From assembly GCA_001949185.1 (NCBI GenBank), contig BDGG01000003.1:1098984-1162983 (forward strand): a stretch of DNA of 64,000 nucleotides. Reading direction: 5' to 3'. The position numbers and the translations under genes were made by a program. Numbering within the stretch: position 1 is the first letter of the stretch; every line of letters starts with the position of its first letter. The notes below the pieces were generated by a model. It did no database searches, was not told where the DNA came from, and saw only the letters and a program-made list of their open reading frames with translations. Source of the stretch: Ramazzottius varieornatus. Taxonomy: Eukaryota; Animalia; Tardigrada. Positions 50,351-64,000 of this stretch are shown here, piece after piece.

Positions 50351-51533
50351 ATGGCGAATGTCTCGGCCAACGTTGATCCAGCCTGGTTACAAAGTCTAAA
50401 TTATCACGAGCCCTTCGTGACAGGCGGATTGTTTATTTTGACAGCAACACTAGCGTTGGGCTATGCCGCCTACCTTCTGCACCACCGCGCTCTCAATCAC
50501 CGCGGTGGTCTGCTCTTCCTCGTCTTCTTCCTCTCCTTCCTCTTTTGTGGCACACGATCTCTCCTCACCGTCGCCCATCTCCATCCTCACATCCCTCCCA
50601 TATTGTCCATTTTGGAGTGCACACGGCATGCCTCCATTTGCTCCCTTTTTGGCCTGGTGTTTGTAGCCATCGTCCGAAGCAGCGAGACGGAATATCAGAA
50701 AACTTCCGCCCTGTCGAAATTCGGATGCCTGTTTTGCATCATCTTCAACTATCTTTTGGGTAAGCTCGCGCTCGGTCCTCATTCGCGAAAAGATATCGTA
50801 AAACTGAGAAAACCCGAAACGATGTACCACCTCTAAGACAAGGCCAGATTCGTGCATGTCACAAAAGAAAATCGATGTAGAAAATGAAAAACAGACTACG
50901 TTGATAGCCTTTGTTTTGAGGCTGGTTGGATCTGTTTTTTCAGGACTATCCATTCCTCTGTCGCGCCATTTCTTCCCGTCGGAAAGCAGCCGGATAGTCA
51001 ACCAAGCCATTCACGCTTCGATCGACGTATATTTCATCACAGTCTTCCTCATCCTGGGATTGGCCTACATTTGCATCTTCCCGCGTCTGATACGCAATAC
51101 GCGGATCAAAGTGCACAATGGCATGTCTGTCAAAAGCAAACATGGCATGACAGGGACGATTATCGGCTTACTCACTGCCTTCTTCCTGCTGCTCCATACC
51201 ACATTACTCCTTGGAGACTTCCTGGTCGTTAATTTCATCGAGGCCGATCCTCAATCACTTTTGCGATCAATACGGCATTGGCAGCAGCTGTGGCTGGCTT
51301 GTGCCTCTTTGTCCGAGGCACTGTTGACCACTCTAATGGTCAGCATCACTGCCTTATTGATCACTACGCCGAATAATGATGGATTATCCCAGACGGATTC
51401 CACACATACGTATGCCACACCGGAATCACAAGGCCTCCTGCTCTATCCCGGACGCAGTGTCCCTATGAGTCCAGCTGCATATCGATCTCCCACCAACAAC
51501 GGATTCTATACCATGTACAAAGGCGAACAGTGA
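50351..51533 (+). CDS. Multi-pass (about 7 TM) membrane protein, 2 exons, family uncertain
   Basis: Exons 50351-50759 and 50944-51533 (GTAAGC donor, TTTTTCAG acceptor). N-terminal NVS sequon, about seven hydrophobic segments and a polar C-tail. Confidence 0.7.
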
Positions 51534-52159
51534 AATTCTCAACCCTGTCCAAATTGGTTACAACATGCCATGTTTCCCACATGCTGCGCTTCGTGAGGGA
51601 AGCATGGCAGCTCTGCCAGACCCGGTTCGAATTAGCCATACAGCATCATGGTTCTCTGAGGACTGACTTGTACTTCAAGGGAGATCGAAGTGGGAGAAGC
51701 GTGACAGAATGGCCAGACTTTGCGACCGGGGAAGTCCGTACTGTAATTCGGTCTGTAAACAGTGAATAAATTGGGCTGTATTGCTGTTTACGTTACGCTA
51801 GACCTTTTCAGCCACCACATGTTCCTGCATGTTCATAATCTCATTAAATTGTTGTGCTTGAGTGCCCAATTCAGCTGCCGGATACAGACGTGTTTGGCCT
51901 TGTTTTATGGCCTTAGTTTGATTTACGATGTCCAAAACTCAAAATCAAGTCTTGTCCAAACTTTTGGCCCCTTTCGATTTCTTGTACTGAAAGATCGTTT
52001 CTGTTGTTTTCTTGACGTAACGTAGTTTCCCGGTTTCTGCAGTACAGCATTAATTATGCAGTAGAAATAACCGTAAGCTGAGCGAAACTTCAGGAATTGA
52101 AGGAACGTATCTTCACCAACACTTTTGAAAAACCTCTCGAGGCGGAGGCTACAAAAGAA

Positions 52160-53368
52160 TTAATCAGTCTGCAAGTCCGCAGTGGACTCTTTCCTTGGTT
52201 GGTTCAACGTCTCTTTCTGCATTTTCAACAGTATGTTATCATTTTCGATCCGGAGTCTTTCAACCGCAAGTTTTTCCATCTTGTAGGCGTGGCGGTTGGA
52301 GAGCTTCTTCATCTTGAAAGCGTGCCGCAGCCGCGTCTTTTCCTGCTCCAGTTTCAACCTCTCCAGATCCAGCTGTGATGAAGGCCTGAAACGGACAATC
52401 CTTTCTAGTCTGGGAAAACAATCGGGCAGAATGAAGGCTGGCTTACTCAGGGAGCTGCGTGAGCACGTCGCTCTCTTCCGAGTACGCAGGAAGACCCGTT
52501 AAAACTTCGTCATCTGGTATCGAGGGTATACTAGGACTAGGCTCATACTCCACCACGTCCAGTACTCGCTCTGAGCGGCTCCGCCGAACAGGAGCCGGAG
52601 AGGATGCACTGAGCTCGAGTGTCGAAGCAGAAAAGGACTCCGTTGGCGCACCCGCGTTGTCATCCTCTGCAAAAAACATCAAGCTACTGCATATGCTTGC
52701 ATACTTTCTGCATCTCTTCGTCTCAGTTACCTCTTACCTGAGCTTACGCAAGACACGAAATTGTAATTACCGATTCCGTTCCGTAGCTTTCTGACAGGTC
52801 GATCTGTTTGTTTGTGGTATGTTTTCGAGTACTTTCTACCGTAGTACTCGACCATTTGGGTCCTCGCTTCCAGCCTGACACTTTCGGGAGCTTTCCAGCA
52901 TTTCGCCAGATGGGCAGCCAATCCTGTGGAATAGATCGAGCTTCTCAAAACATGAAGCAAATTTTTAACGATATTCCGAACATATCGTGTTAGACTCATC
53001 ACGTACCTGCCTACAACCAACCCGGTTTCCACTAAGGCTCACGCGTATGCAGGTACATGACTCACCACACAGACCTGCTAACACAAACCTGGTCGTGATC
53101 CGCAGACGGGCTTTTGTTGTTCAGGATCGCAGAACGTACAAAAGGCTTGCCTCTCATTTACATTTCCATACCGTTTCGTTCCTCGAGTAAAATACTGCCA
53201 GTGTCCAAGCTTGACTCTAAAGTTGGTATCTTTGAAAACAGCCACGCGCGAGTCACCCATCTTGACAAGTTGGTAACATTTCGAGCCTGGCGTTGTCTCA
53301 CTGCCAGATGCTGACTGATCCTCGCTGACGTCTTCTTCCACAATCTCTTCTCCGTTCTCCGCGTTCAT
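52160..53368 (-). CDS. BED-type zinc-finger-like protein with C-terminal coiled coil, multi-exon
   Basis: HWQYF...AFCTFC...GLAAHLAKC (W-x2-F, CxxC, L-x2-H-L-x2-C), acidic/Ser-rich linker, K/E/R-rich helix. ORF fragments are bounded by GT/AG sites; not every junction was verified. Confidence 0.55.
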
Positions 53369-55429
53369 TTCTCGGGTTGGGAGCACCTGTAAAAAACCAG
53401 AAGACAAAACCCGAAATTCACAGCAAGCCAAAGTACAGTTATGCAACTAATCAACAGACTGCTCGTGACGTCATCCAGTTAATAGATGGCGCTGCATATG
53501 ATGGCCGCATTTTCATTATGACAAATAAACTGTGCGATCATCACGGAATAATTCCGCGCCATCAAAATCACTAATGCAGCGATTCCACTTCTCGTAACTG
53601 GCGCGTTTTTGCTCTACGAAAATTTTCCATTACCATAACTGGAAAAAACCATCACGGAAAAAGTCTTCTCGGGAGAGGAGCAATCTTCGGACCCATCACG
53701 TATTTCTGATTACTGGCTGGAACGAGGAAGTAGAATGTACCTCATAACTTTCGTAATTTCTTGTCGAAAGTTCAACATGTATATTCCTCTCATTCGAGTA
53801 TATATACTTAATTATCATAAATTCACAACGAATACAATAATTGAAGAGGTAGCTACAATAATGCAGATGAGAGGAAAGTCAAATCGACATCAAAACATGG
53901 AGTAGAAAAATAAAGAATATTGCCGGCGGATATACCCGGATAACAGGCACCGTTGTTGGTGTTGTGTTGCAATGTGAGAGCACATGGTAGTCGCACGACA
54001 ATGCCATGTAGAGTACACTCATACAAGCAGTACGCACACTTCCGGAGCTGCGTGTCAGAAAATTATTTCGTTCAGTTTGCAGAACGGATATAAAATAAAA
54101 CAGGACCGCCGTAGTAGTCTACGGGAATATAACAGGGATTACGTCAATTAATAAATTTCGGAGTTTTTGTGGTCCTTCCTGGTTGCTCCCGCACTGTATT
54201 TCCGGGTCTTCCGTTCAAACCAACATATATTTCAATCAACCGAATGTTGTGTCGCGTTATCGCTCATGTCGTACGCGGTGCATTTCGCACTCTTCTTAAT
54301 TTACGTAAAGTCATATAGAAGTCATTACGAGAAGCTATCACGGACTTCCGTCAAGAGCTCCGAAATGAGTGATTCCACTTCTCCAGTCATAAAAGATTAT
54401 AACCGACTCGAAATGACCGAAAGTAGAATCACTCATTACGGAGCTCCTGACGGAGGTCCGTAATGGTTCTCCGTGATGAAGTGGAATCGCTGCATAAGAG
54501 GTAATTTGATGCAGTTTGCCGATAAGATTTTGAAATTCTTGATTATGATCACGCGGGAGACGAAAATCTGCTTCAGTCCAGCTTGCGTCGTAATAGCCGG
54601 TCGTAGCAGGACGCTTGTGTGTAACTATGGTATAGTTATAAGAATGACTTCCGGCCAAGAGATTAAGGTGCCTTACCGAACATAGTTGCCGTCTAGCTTC
54701 TAGGTACTTCATCAAAATTGCAGCATGCCATGACAAACCCTTATGCTTCCTTAATGAGGATATCCAACGGCAGACTTTCCTGTGTGCGACGAAGTCGAGA
54801 GCGTCTCGAGACTTGAATTCGTCTGAATATGATTTGAGCCATGTCGGGGTTCTATTTTGTGGTTATTTAGTGGATTTTTGGGGGCAATTCAGGAACTTCC
54901 ATGTCCCATATATATATATAGACTTGAGTTTTTTGAGAAAACTGAGGTAGCTGGAGAAGCCAGCTCTCCAACAGCTGAAATCAAACTGCATTTGGTCGTA
55001 GCACCTCGTCTGACAACCAGAGCGACAATGCCCAGCAAGCCGATCTCACCACCGAACAACTGTAAATTTAATCAGCGAAGCGGCGGCCGTGAACTTGCCC
55101 ACCCAGTGTCTCTTAGAGTTCAGTGCCTTCATTACCGAATTATCATTCCATTTGCTATCATGCTTTTATGCTCTGTCCATCAATGACTTCATCCTCATCG
55201 AGAATCGAAGTCAACTGGTGGAGAGTCTAAACAGAATCTGAAAAACATCGTTAGTTCTCCTGTGCTTTGTGTAACATGCATAAAAAGCGGTAACCTGCGG
55301 TCTCATTACGAGCTGATCGAATCCATGGTACACGTACTGAAATCTTACGCAAGAAGAGCGTAGCACGCAACATTGTTCTACAGTGCACACGCTGCGTGTT
55401 TTTGAACAGTTTTGAATGTGTTGGAAATT

Positions 55430-58400
55430 TTACATTTTTGGACTTGAGGGTGGCGTATGGAACTCATCGGGACTGTCTTTGACCATCGGCGCATCCTTCT
55501 CTTCTGCCTCAAGTTGACGCTGCCGTTCCTCAGTCAGTTCCATGGTTGCCAAAATCCTCAGCTCAAGTTTGGTTTGCATAAAGTAATCTTTGAAAGACCT
55601 ACGAAAGACCGACCATTGCTCACAGCCAACCTTCAGCCCATCACATTAAACTTACAAAGCTTTGGTACAATACTCCATGGCCGCTGTATGGTCTTTGGTC
55701 CGAAGTTTCAGGCAGGCCAACTCAATTGCCGCGTGAGGTGGGAGAAACTTGTCTTCGGCAATGTCGTCTTCACTAGATAGAAATACCCTTCTTTACATGA
55801 TGACGACTACGACGGGAATGGACCATTCTTACGCTTCGACGATGCCGTCCAGAATACCGAACGCCTCGTCCAAGCGACCCAGGTATCCCAAGCAGATACC
55901 CCGTAGCAGGTCCAGCTGGTAGATGCTGTCTGTGTGAAAAGTAAGTCCCGATGGACTGTCTCGCGATGTGGAGTTCCGCACTTCCAATACTTTGGCCTCT
56001 ATCAACACCAATAGCCTCAGCACAAGATCTGGACGGTTGGAGAAGCTAGTCATTCCTCCGAAAAGATAAAAACATTCCTACAAATCCAACAGCGGATTAG
56101 TTTAGTGGAGAATCGGAGACGAGATGTGATTCTGGGTAAGTTAACCGAGCATGGAGAAAGCGATTGGATCATTCATGACGTCACTCAGAAGCTTGTACAT
56201 CGTCATGGTGTCAGGTGACGACTCGCCGTTCTGGGCAAGCTGAGTATTGATACGTACTGTGGCGGGAAAGATGAGTTCTCTTCCTTGTTCGATGTATCGT
56301 TTGTATCGCTTCTCCGCAAGCTTCTCGCTGAGCAGAGACCGACCAGCCAGTTTTTGCTTCTTGGCGAGAGCTTCCCTGTGTGACGTAGCAGTGTTGATCA
56401 ACATGGGGTAAAATAGTTACTGGAAACCGTGTATTCATACTTCATGAGATCTCTCACGGTAACTTTGGTATCCAGATAATGCATTTCCTGTTTGTCCATC
56501 ATAAGGAGGAAGGAAGCCTACATTTGAGGAAAATCGTGGTACGACGAAGTTCGGAAGAAATTATGGGAACGATTTTACAGTGAGATAGGCGTATGTAGCT
56601 TTACTCCACGAATTTTCCTTGTAGAGGTAGTAGGCAATTTCCGCCGCTTTTTGATAATCCATGAGGCAGCTATGACACCTAGAGTGGACCACAGGGGGGA
56701 GATTATGACCAGGAATTTTTAGTGCGCTCAACAACGAAAATGCAACTTACCACATACTTTCCCAAAGGCACATATGTTGAGACTGTATCCATTCCATCTG
56801 CGCCTTCATGGATTTATCAAAATGTTCCAGCGCTTCACGAAACTGTCCTTTCAGCATCGCAACACGACCTTGCAGGAACAAGAAAGGCGCTCCGTTGGGA
56901 TAGGCATGCAAAAGATCCTTCAGGCTGTTTTCTGCCCCGGCCAAATCGCAATGACCAGTCCCTAAAATCCAAACAAAATACATCGCTTGCGCAGTCAGAA
57001 GGATTTCTAAGGGCATTTCTCACCCAGAATGATCTTTCCGTATGTTTCCCAAGCCGTTGCTACCTTCGAAATAGACTCATCAATGAGAGATGCATCTCAG
57101 ACACTGGTCAAAGTCTGCAACTTACCAGTAAGCAGGAAATGTTTCGGCAGCCGTTCGACCGAACCCCGGCTTCCAGCTCGCTGTGCCCGACCTTTGCCAC
57201 GCCCTTGAAGCCCACCATGCTCAGGTACTTGGCGTGTTTCGAAGGTACACAGCTGAAAATGAGATTGAAAGACCCGATGCCCAGTCGGACGCCACTTTCG
57301 AAGTGAGCTTTCAGTTTCGGGTTGCTCCATTCACGCTCACGCAGTATTCCCAGGCATGTTCTGCAACCCCAAAGTGCTGCATGTCATGTTTTGGTCTCGT
57401 TGGTCTGCAGGTAGTAGATAGCCAGTTTGAAAGACGAGGGTAACTCACTGGTATGTGCTGTGAGAGCTTTTGAACTTCCATCCCGCTCGAATGAGCGCGG
57501 TAAGGCCGACATCTTCGGCGAGAACGAGTGCGGACAACATGAGCCCACATTCCGCGTAGCACAGTTCGGCATGTACCTGTTCTGAACAAACTCTTGATTT
57601 TCCTTTCCGATATCAGACACAAGCTTTTCGTCTTGTCTGGCATACCTTCGTTTCTTTTTGCTCGGCTGAAGCGACCTTGGCGTTTGCTCCAGCAGAGGTT
57701 CTGGGCATTCTTGAGAGTTTTGATGGCCGCTCTTGCGTCCTCCTAAAGTAACACAAAGTGGTTTAAAAAGTCACTGCTCTGATCTGGATCCTCGAGATTG
57801 TCCGTGCAATTTTCAAATCACTTACAGCGGTGACAGTCATCAAAGCCTGAAGGTACAGGATAGTGCCGTAGGTAACAGCCGCGTACATGCTGTGATGGAC
57901 TCTGCAAGAATAACATCTTATCAGGGAGAAACTACAGATAGCATGCCGTAGCATCTGACCCAAACATAGTTCACGAAGAATAACGAGAGTACACGCTCGG
58001 CTCGTACACGCACAAAAAAAGTTTAGGCCAGACGATTCCGAAGCAGCGGAACGGAAGTACACGTGTACGTGTGTACGTGTATGTGTGCAATTAACTCCAA
58101 TGAAATTATCGACCAGTTTCTACGGCTGAATCTCAGTGTTCCGCCTTTCCCGTCTGGCCCAAACGTTTTACTGGTCCAAACTTTCTTTTCGTGCGTGTAC
58201 CTGTCTTCCACAGTGCGTTTTGCGCCGGCGATGTCATTGTTGTAAAATAGCTGAATGGCTCGCTGCGCCACGTGGATCTCCTCCAGAAGAGCTTGCTCGG
58301 CGATCGACCTGCAACAGATACAGGCAGCGAAATAACGGCTGAAAAATAAAATACGTCGGTGGCGAAACCGAAAGTTTTACCTCGCAGTATCTTTTTCTTC

Positions 58401-58571
58401 TTCGGCTGTCTGCGAGATTTCAGTTTCGCCACTGGTCCTCTGAGACCCCTCCTGGAGACGGTCGTCAGTGGTTGATCCATTCCAGAACACATTCGAATGG
58501 CCAGTTTCCGGAAACTCCACTTTCGCTAGAGGAGGCAGCCTCGGACTGGAAAGAGGACTACTAGACAGCAT
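55430..58571 (-). CDS. TTC39: Tetratricopeptide repeat protein 39 (TTC39/IML2 family), many short exons
   Basis: SMYAAVTYGTILYLQALMT, EQVHAELCYAEC, HFESGVRLGIGSFNL, YPNGAPFLFLQGR, SKATYAY, KLAGRSLLSEK. The junctions I checked splice in frame. Confidence 0.88.
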
Positions 58572-58951
58572 TGATCGGCAATCTTCACATCCCAGACGAC
58601 GATCGCGAGACAAAGACTTGCCGGATAATCCTCTTCTAGTTCTTGGTCATAATATATATAGCTGCGATCAGTGCATAAGCATTAAATCAGTTTTCGAGCA
58701 AGGTCAATACCGGCGGCAGACATTTGAGAAGTGTTCTGCCACCGCTCGACAATGGAAGGGTTTTCCGACCGATAAAACCGTGGGTGTAATATCGGTAAAA
58801 CACCAAGCTGAAGGTTATGCAAGCTAAACTGCTCTCGGCACGAGCGATTGCTGTCATGTGCAGTGCATTGCAAAGTCATTTGCCTGCAGTTTCACTCGCA
58901 GCAACAATCGATGCTTAGTTTGCCATCACGCAATCGCACGTTTGCACGGTA

Positions 58952-59327
58952 CAGTGTAGGCAAATAAGGTACTCTAAGAGGGGGCAAGGCCAAAATCGAC
59001 GTGACGCATAAAGCAAACAGCTGATCAAGCTGCAGTCCATAGACGTGAACTGCCGCTTGATCTGCTGATTACTTCGAGCCGGAGTNNNNNNNNNNNNNNN
59101 NNNNNNNNNNNNNNNNNNNNNNNNNNNNNNNNNNNAATAAGGTACTCTAAGAGGGGGCAAGGCCAAAATCGACGTGACGCAGAAAGCAAACAGCTGATCA
59201 AGCTGCAGTCCAGAGACGTGAACTGCCGCTTGATCTGCTGATTACTTCGAGCCGGAGTTTCTACGTCACTTGTCGAAAACTCGATTTTGGCCCTCCCCCT
59301 TTTAGAGTATCTTATTTGCCTACACTG
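58952..59327. mobile_element. MITE (Tc1-like) with an assembly gap and a duplicated internal segment
   Basis: TA|CAGTGTAGGCAAATAAGGTACTCTAA...GGCCAAAATCGA and its inverse ending GCCTACACTG|TA; Ns at 59086-59135. Confidence 0.8.
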
Positions 59328-60153
59328 TAACAAAGGCATCAGGACTGTACGGTATACTGTAAGCAAACAAATGGACCTACGCTTGGTTCGAGGCGGGGCT
59401 TACAAATGGCAGTGTGGACTTACACACATGACACAGATAAGGCAGACACTGCCGAAAGCCAGCTCCTCGCTGTTCGTCTAATGTTCTCCATGAGCATTTC
59501 TGAAGCTCTCGAATTGTGTACACACATGCGCAGCACACAGTGCTGCCACCTCAGAAACCACTGTCCAGAAGACAACTGTCCAACAACTCAACACAGTTCG
59601 TACCCAGATTTTCAATGCGCCAGATTGAGGAAGGGCTATGAAAAGTATATGGGAAACCTTCCAAAGCCGAGTGAAAGAGGAAGCAAGACTTTCCGGATAC
59701 TTTTTTTCCTTGAAGTTTTGTCAATGCGAATAACACCTGACCGTTACTGTAAGAGGGATCGAATAGAGACGGAAACTACTTAATCCTACCTTGCAATTGA
59801 ACACATGGTATCCCACATGGAGGGTACGGTATACGCACGAGTGCAGGTGGAACAGCGTTCAAACATCTGGCCGACCGGAAATGGTAAGGCTCATGCTAGG
59901 GGATTCGGTATGCCGTTTCCTTTACGAACTTCCCCCTCGCACCAACGAAATCTGACGGGGAAACTACGGTAACTTTCAAGGTTTTACGTGACTGATTTCT
60001 GATGCGAAATGAATGACTCGAACGAACTCTAAAAATCACATTCGAGTAGAAGTGATTAACCTAGCTCTACTAGGCCGCAGAAACCAGTGGTTTGTTCTAC
60101 ACCGCTCCCGCATTTGACAGTGCGCTGGAAGACGCCTGGATATTTATCCTCGG

Positions 60154-60980
60154 TTGATTCTGAAGCAAATTATCGTGGCAGATCGTGCTTATCAAAAGTG
60201 CAGCGATTCGACTGACAAGAGCTTTTTGGGCAGATACTACTACAGCAACATCGCAAAATGGGATGCTGCGAACGTCACATTGTTTCTCCATCTGGATGCA
60301 GGTAACTTGGTCCGTAGGGTGTGTCACGTAATGTGATTTCGTAAACGGACTGCGTTTCGCTCTGTTTCTTTTAGACTGTGATAGGCACGCATCAGCCATG
60401 CTTGCATCTCAAATAAACAAATTGGTTATCAGACACTTCTACATTTTGTCTCGTGTAGGCACCCCAAAGCACGCATTTTAGGCTTGAATTAATCGTCTGG
60501 CTAGTACTCCGCAGTTGCCCGATGGAGAGAACAGACAAAGATGGCCGACGAGGAGTACGGCAGGGCGAGGAGGAAAATCGCCTGTGATCAGACTCACGGA
60601 AGTTTTCGCCTCCGCCATGCTACATTTTAACTGGACCACGATGGCAATCGTGAGCGACGCTCATAGCTGCCACTGTGGTCCAACAATCCGCTAGTGCCGT
60701 ATTGAGATCTAACGTCACTCTCTACAAACTGGAGTCCAAAACAGACCATCCCGATCTGATGCGCCAGCTAGATCTTGAAACTAGAGGTATGTGAATTGAT
60801 TGGCGGCGCAAGGTACGTATAATACGTTTCGTGTAAAGGCTAGTTTTGTTTTAATAGATCTTCGAAGCTTATGGTAAAGACCATGGCAAACTTCTCCCAA
60901 ATTATCAGTACTCGGCTATCAACATGTTTCTTTCCTTAGCTGACCACTTACAAGTTGAACATGACCCATGGAGAACACGT
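60154..60980 (+). pseudogene. Possible ANF-receptor/periplasmic-binding-fold ectodomain remnants
   Basis: FASAMLHFNWTTMAIVSD at about 60602-60660 resembles the F.WT..AI..D motif; the surrounding pieces are exon-like but disrupted. Confidence 0.35.
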
Positions 60981-62254
60981 ACGTATGAACGGTAATAACA
61001 CTACCCACTCTGGGCTCTCTCTTTTTCAGATTCGTGAGCCCAGAACAAACGTTCTGCAAGGGACATATGAGGACTGTAGAGGACTGTCAAGATAGAACTC
61101 TAGATATTGCGAAAATTCCGAAAAGCGCTTTTATTGACCTTGTTTATTGATCTTGTAGAGCAAAAAAGCTGCATCGAACCTGAAAATGCCGCAAAAGGCC
61201 GCACACAAAGAAGCGGGCAGAAAACTATGGAATTTTGAAGCCCCTGTGAAGAAAAAAACGCTTTCAATGATACTGTTTCTTTTACTGAGCGATTTGCTCC
61301 CAAGAGAAAAAATGCCTAGAAGAGTAATGACCGAAGTTTAATCCGTACTTCCGTTTGGGCCGGACAGGTACCCAGAGTACACTTTTCCCAACTGGCGCAT
61401 ACGTGGCCAAGCGCAGGCTGTACGCCAGTATCTAGGTTGGTTATGCACGCGCAAAGTTGTGGAGTTTCAAACTTCTGAGAGTTGTTGAAGATGAAACTTC
61501 CACGCTGTTTGAATGATCCTGCTAGTTTCGACAACCGACCGCCTTCCTGCACCTTTGCCCCGTCTTCTCAACTCTCATCCCTGATCTTGTTGATTCTACC
61601 ATTTCCTAGACATCTGAAAACATCCAATTCAAACTCTGGGAACAGCTGCTCACCACCACCAGACCTTGCTGCGCTTAATATCCCTGCTGTCACTGAACGG
61701 ACTCTACATTAGGGGATGCTTCGGATCGTTGGCTACTGGAGAGAAAACTTGACAGCGTCAATAGCGCATAAAGCTGCACAAATACTTGGGCTAAAGCTAT
61801 TCAAATGCTTTCATTACCAGAACAGAAACAAGAACATGTTGTGGTTTTTCGTTTTTCCCTTGTTTCTAGACATGGGACTTATTTTAGCGAAGCGCTGATG
61901 ATTCAATCTGCAAGAAATTGCCAAACTGGAAATTCTGTGAAACATTAATCTTCCTTTTTACAGACGATCAAATGAACACCATAATTTTGCCGACACCCAA
62001 CTGGACGGAATGAGATCGGAAGGAGGTAGCAGGAAAGGTCGTTTCAAAAACGTTTGTCGGACGACAGGGCTGAACGAGAGACTGAGACAGCCACGAATGC
62101 GAACATAAGACTTGCCAGAAAGTGGTGAGGCATTGCGTGGCCGACCGTCAGACTGTCATGTCAGATCACGTCCTGACTTGATAACCTGTCAGTCGGCCGC
62201 CGACTTGGCCCGATCTTTCGATCGAAGACCGAACCGAGCCGGCTGTATCGATAA

Positions 62255-63735
62255 TAAATCCGGGTGGACCCGGTCATCAATCAGAGTTCATTCCGATCAT
62301 GAATCCGGGTGGACCCGGTCATCAGAAATCAGTGAAGATCAATCAAAAAATCAACCGAAAGAAAATCTCTCGCACAAGCAAGAACTCAAGCGATCGATCG
62401 AAGAGAAAATTCTGCGATGATTTCCATCAATCAAGCATTCAGATACATTCTTGATTGATTGAGTTGCGGAATCGGAATGCTCATGTGGTGCGCAGGCATG
62501 TGCAGTTTGGTAGGCTCATCGCATATATTGCTACTGACACCCAGGATCCTCTAGTGCGGTGCCCTCCGAATCTACGATTTTTATTCTTGGGCTTCACATC
62601 ATTTCGAATTTCTTTGTTTGTTGTTTTGTTCCTGTTTTCATGGTTTTTTTCCNNNNNNNNNNNNNNNNNNNNNNNNNNNNNNNNNNNNNNNNNNNNNNNN
62701 NNAAACAGGAACAAAACAACAGACAAAGAAATTCGAAATGATGTGAAGCCCAAGAGGTATCCCAATCCGGTTGGCGGCTGGATGGTTGGGAAGTCCTTCC
62801 CATCCGAATTCTATCCGGATGGATCCGGATCCATCCGGAAGAAACCAACCATCCGCTTGGGATCCGGATAGGAGGTCCATCCAGCCATCTTCTATCCGGT
62901 TGGGAACCGAGCAGGATCAGTTCAACCACTCAGAACAGAACAGTCGATCCACCCGTTTATCCTTCAGTTCGGTTCGGACTACGATTAATCTGTCGGCTCC
63001 TTCTGTGGAACAGAAAGTTTACTTGATTATGCTTAACTTGAGACGCGACCTGGGGTCGGACTCGATCCATACCGGATTCAGATTTACGGTTTCACAGTAT
63101 GAAATTGTTATCCGGTTGCAATCCGGATCATCCGGTAGAGAGACCCAACCATCCAGCTTCTATCCGGATAAAGGGTCCGACCCAACCAGCTGCAATGCGG
63201 ATAAAAACCCCATCCATCTGCTTGTCCATCCGTTTAACCATTTAACCATCCATTAACAACCCTGATCTTGGGTCGCGTAAGTCTGCTGGTACCTCTGTGA
63301 AGCGCAATCAAAAGCTCCTGAGTTGCTCTATCGCATCCTACAATAACCCTAAATTCTGCCCCAGATGCAAAAAAAACTGGCTCCTGAACGGCTGAGGTAA
63401 ATTCATTATTATGCATCTTGACAATCCTCATATCTGCTTTCGTTAAATTCGACATCCAGCTCTTGGGAACTATCAGTGGTGATATGGAGATCAATCCGAT
63501 GAGGTATCAAAATGTGTTTATTTACGTGTACGTATCACCGATTGTTGATTGGGTAGCGTCAAACAGAACCCTAAGGCTGCGTTTCGTAGGTGGCTATCAA
63601 CCCTGGTCGACTGTAATATTATGATAAACTGACGTTCACAAAGCCACCCTTCAGTAACCCAACCCTGGTCAACGAAAATCAACCCCAATGCGCTCACAAA
63701 GTCTACAAGTGAAGATGAACCCGCTGCAACCCAAT
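62255..63735. repeat. Repeat-rich region: ATCCGG/CCGGAT field, AACCC motifs, inverted duplication around an N gap
   Basis: AATCCGGGTGGACCCGGTCATCA twice (about 62257-62324); many ATCCGG at 62760-63200; AACCC motifs at 63255-63735. Confidence 0.45.
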
Positions 63736-64000
63736 GTGGTTGTTAAGCGTAGTTGCTTTATGAACGATTCGAGTCGTCTACTCGAGTTGTCAACCACATC
63801 TCATTAAAAAGAGCCTGCCCGATCAACTAGCATAAATATGCTAGTACACCCTTACCCCGCTCCTCTTCCCATGGCAGATTTCCATGGCTTATCGATCAGT
63901 GAGTATCTGTCTTTTTTCCCGTGTTCGCTGGCTTTCTGAACGAACTATGGATCTTCCGTCCAACCAAGCCTTGGCCATCAACATCGCCGTTACGGCAGCA

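Noticed and set aside
53500-55330. CATCACG/CATTAC-rich intergenic stretch as a transposon
   Set aside because: Could not define TIRs or a TSD.
56722-57306. 194-aa plus-strand ORF
   Set aside because: Antisense to TTC39 exons.
58964-59257. Direct duplication of about 120 bp
   Set aside because: Flanks a 50-N gap; likely unmerged contig or haplotype overlap.
62585-62755. Inverted duplication of about 50 bp
   Set aside because: Centred on a 50-N gap, so it cannot be distinguished from an assembly artefact.
63255-63735. AACCC motifs as telomeric repeats
   Set aside because: Dispersed rather than tandem.

Overview
Compact animal genomic DNA: short GT-AG introns of about 60-300 bp, roughly balanced GC, and three N gaps. 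Gene style suggests a small-genome ecdysozoan such as a tardigrade; this is an inference only. Apparently intact genes: a PrP/Shadoo-like secreted, putatively GPI-anchored protein, a serpin, two paralogous receptor tyrosine kinases, a Gly-rich secreted protein, AUH, EXOC5/Sec10, a 79-aa three-exon secreted peptide precursor missed by the ORF track, LITAF, EED/ESC, a multi-pass membrane protein, a BED-finger-like protein and TTC39. Disabled genes: LanC-like, gustatory-receptor-like, a microbial-type Zn-dependent dehydrogenase, a CBM14 protein and ANF-receptor-like fragments. Transposons: mariner, two TIR-bounded pogo-type elements, three Helitron-like non-autonomous copies, several MITEs and a LINE fragment. 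The standout is the inverted pair of RTKs (19009-21979 +, 31730-34842 -). Each ectodomain is two tandem, catalytically degenerate GH16 (laminarinase/beta-glucanase fold) domains on one long exon, joined to a PVR/FGFR-type kinase that has lost both partners of the conserved APE-Glu/subdomain-XI-Arg salt bridge. These are candidate glycan-sensing receptor kinases. All family assignments are by motif recognition, without database searches.
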